Assembly: GCA_001777665.1 (NCBI GenBank)
Contig: MFEQ01000004.1
Location: forward strand, 129,331-193,330
Length of the DNA stretch: 64,000 nt
DNA from: Candidatus Doudnabacteria bacterium RIFCSPHIGHO2_02_FULL_42_25
GTDB taxonomy: Bacteria; Patescibacteriota; Doudnabacteria; UBA920; O2-02-FULL-48-8
Direction: 5' to 3'
Part shown: piece by piece, positions 63,519 through 64,000 of the stretch
How positions within the stretch are numbered: the stretch's first letter is position 1
How the letters are laid out: each line of letters starts with the position of its first letter
Notes under the pieces: model-generated
The model's input: only the letters and a program-made list of their open reading frames with translations
Told to the model about the DNA's origin: nothing
Databases searched by the model: none
Translations under genes and position numbers: made by a program

Positions 63519-63575
63519 TCCCTCGCTCTACCTCCGCCAGCTGGCGGAGAGCTACGTCGGAATAATAAACGAATA
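63519..63575 (-). pseudogene. Partial duplicate (pseudo-tRNA) of the tRNA-Asn 5' half, interrupted by an 18-nt perfect palindrome
   Basis: agtccctcgctctacc + tccgccagctggcgga + gagctacgtcgga, against the intact copy agtccctcgctctaccgctgagctacgtcgga at 63238-63269. Confidence 0.6.
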
Positions 63576-63705
63576 CTGAACAATTTTAACAATTTTTTCT
63601 AAAATTATCAAGTAGCTAAACATGCTGATTTTTTCATTGTTTTTGGGCTGGACTCCCAATCAAGTTTTTGCTAAAATTGCTAGACAACTTCAAGGAGATA
63701 ATGCC

Positions 63706-64000
63706 GTGAACCGAGTGCTCGAACCCGAGGAATTGATGGATGAAGTAGCCCAGGCGGAGGCATACGCCACATCGGATTTCGCCGAACCCCACGAGGCGTT
63801 TGTCACGCGCTTCGCCGAAACCTTTCCAGATTTCAGTAGCGGTAAAGTAGCCGACCTGTGCTGCGGACCCGCGGATCCGACGATCCGGTTTGCTCGCAGG
63901 TACCCTGATACTTGTGTCGTGGGTTACGATGGCGCAGAGTCCATGCTCACTTTTGGGAGAAAGGCTGTGACGCAAGCGGGACTCGATTTTCGGATCAGCT
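63706..64000 (+). CDS. Class I SAM-dependent methyltransferase (GC-rich), 3' end outside the window
   Basis: SD AAGGAGA 7 nt before GTG. Motif I VADLCCGPADP. Open to the window edge, so it is absent from the ORF track. Confidence 0.5.
   Translation, partial: MNRVLEPEELMDEVAQAEAYATSDFAEPHEAFVTRFAETFPDFSSGKVADLCCGPADPTIRFARRYPDTCVVGYDGAESMLTFGRKAVTQAGLDFRIS

Noticed and set aside
63634-63975. 113-aa minus-strand ORF
   Set aside because: Antisense to the SD-led, motif-bearing (DLCCGP) methyltransferase ORF that runs off the window end.

Overview
This 64-kb window comes from a compact, AT-rich genome (background about 38-40% GC). It has small overlapping genes, many short or truncated housekeeping proteins, an ECF sigma factor with a DUF5667-like partner, a VirB4/VirB6-type secretion locus and a cyoABCDE ubiquinol oxidase operon. 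By inference this gene content fits a Patescibacteria/CPR genome, probably Saccharibacteria-like. Recognisable core genes are a clpC-family 3' fragment, comFC, recQ, recG, rsmA, uvrD/pcrA, recO (short), ileS, argS, smpB with tmRNA (ssrA), infC-rpmI-rplT, dinB, msrB, cyoABCDE, suhB-family, a LysM-M23 peptidase and an M24 peptidase. There are four tRNAs: Ser-GCT, Ser-TGA, Arg-GCG and Asn-GTT. Several things stand out from the ordinary content. (1) A 0.73-kb GC-rich module (10393-11120) sits between recG and the secretion locus. It has a near-consensus sigma70 promoter, an operator-like palindrome, two small ORFs with strong Shine-Dalgarno sites and a strong terminator. (2) Further GC-rich mini-cassettes are scattered through the window: a small membrane peptide, a Tat-signal protein, an M50 protease and a deoxyhypusine-synthase-like gene. 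Each has a strong SD and its own terminator. (3) Several families of GC-rich palindromic elements occur in intergenic DNA and also in frame inside conserved genes (uvrD, rsmA, dinB twice, msrB), resembling Rickettsia palindromic elements. (4) The IleRS carries an inserted histidine-phosphatase (PGAM-like) domain of about 170 aa. (5) A 13.5-kb VirB4/VirB6-type secretion locus is interrupted by a PIN gene and a four-helix-bundle gene that are embedded in roughly 35 copies of a degenerate 9-nt tandem repeat. (6) CGAAT/TACGAA hexamer arrays recur 10-90 nt upstream of several start codons, including a 4+4 palindromic array before uvrD. (7) A GIY-YIG gene is flanked by a duplicated 5' segment of tRNA-Asn. 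No CRISPR array, rRNA or transposase was recognised. All coordinates for non-ORF features were counted by hand and may be off by 1-3 nt.
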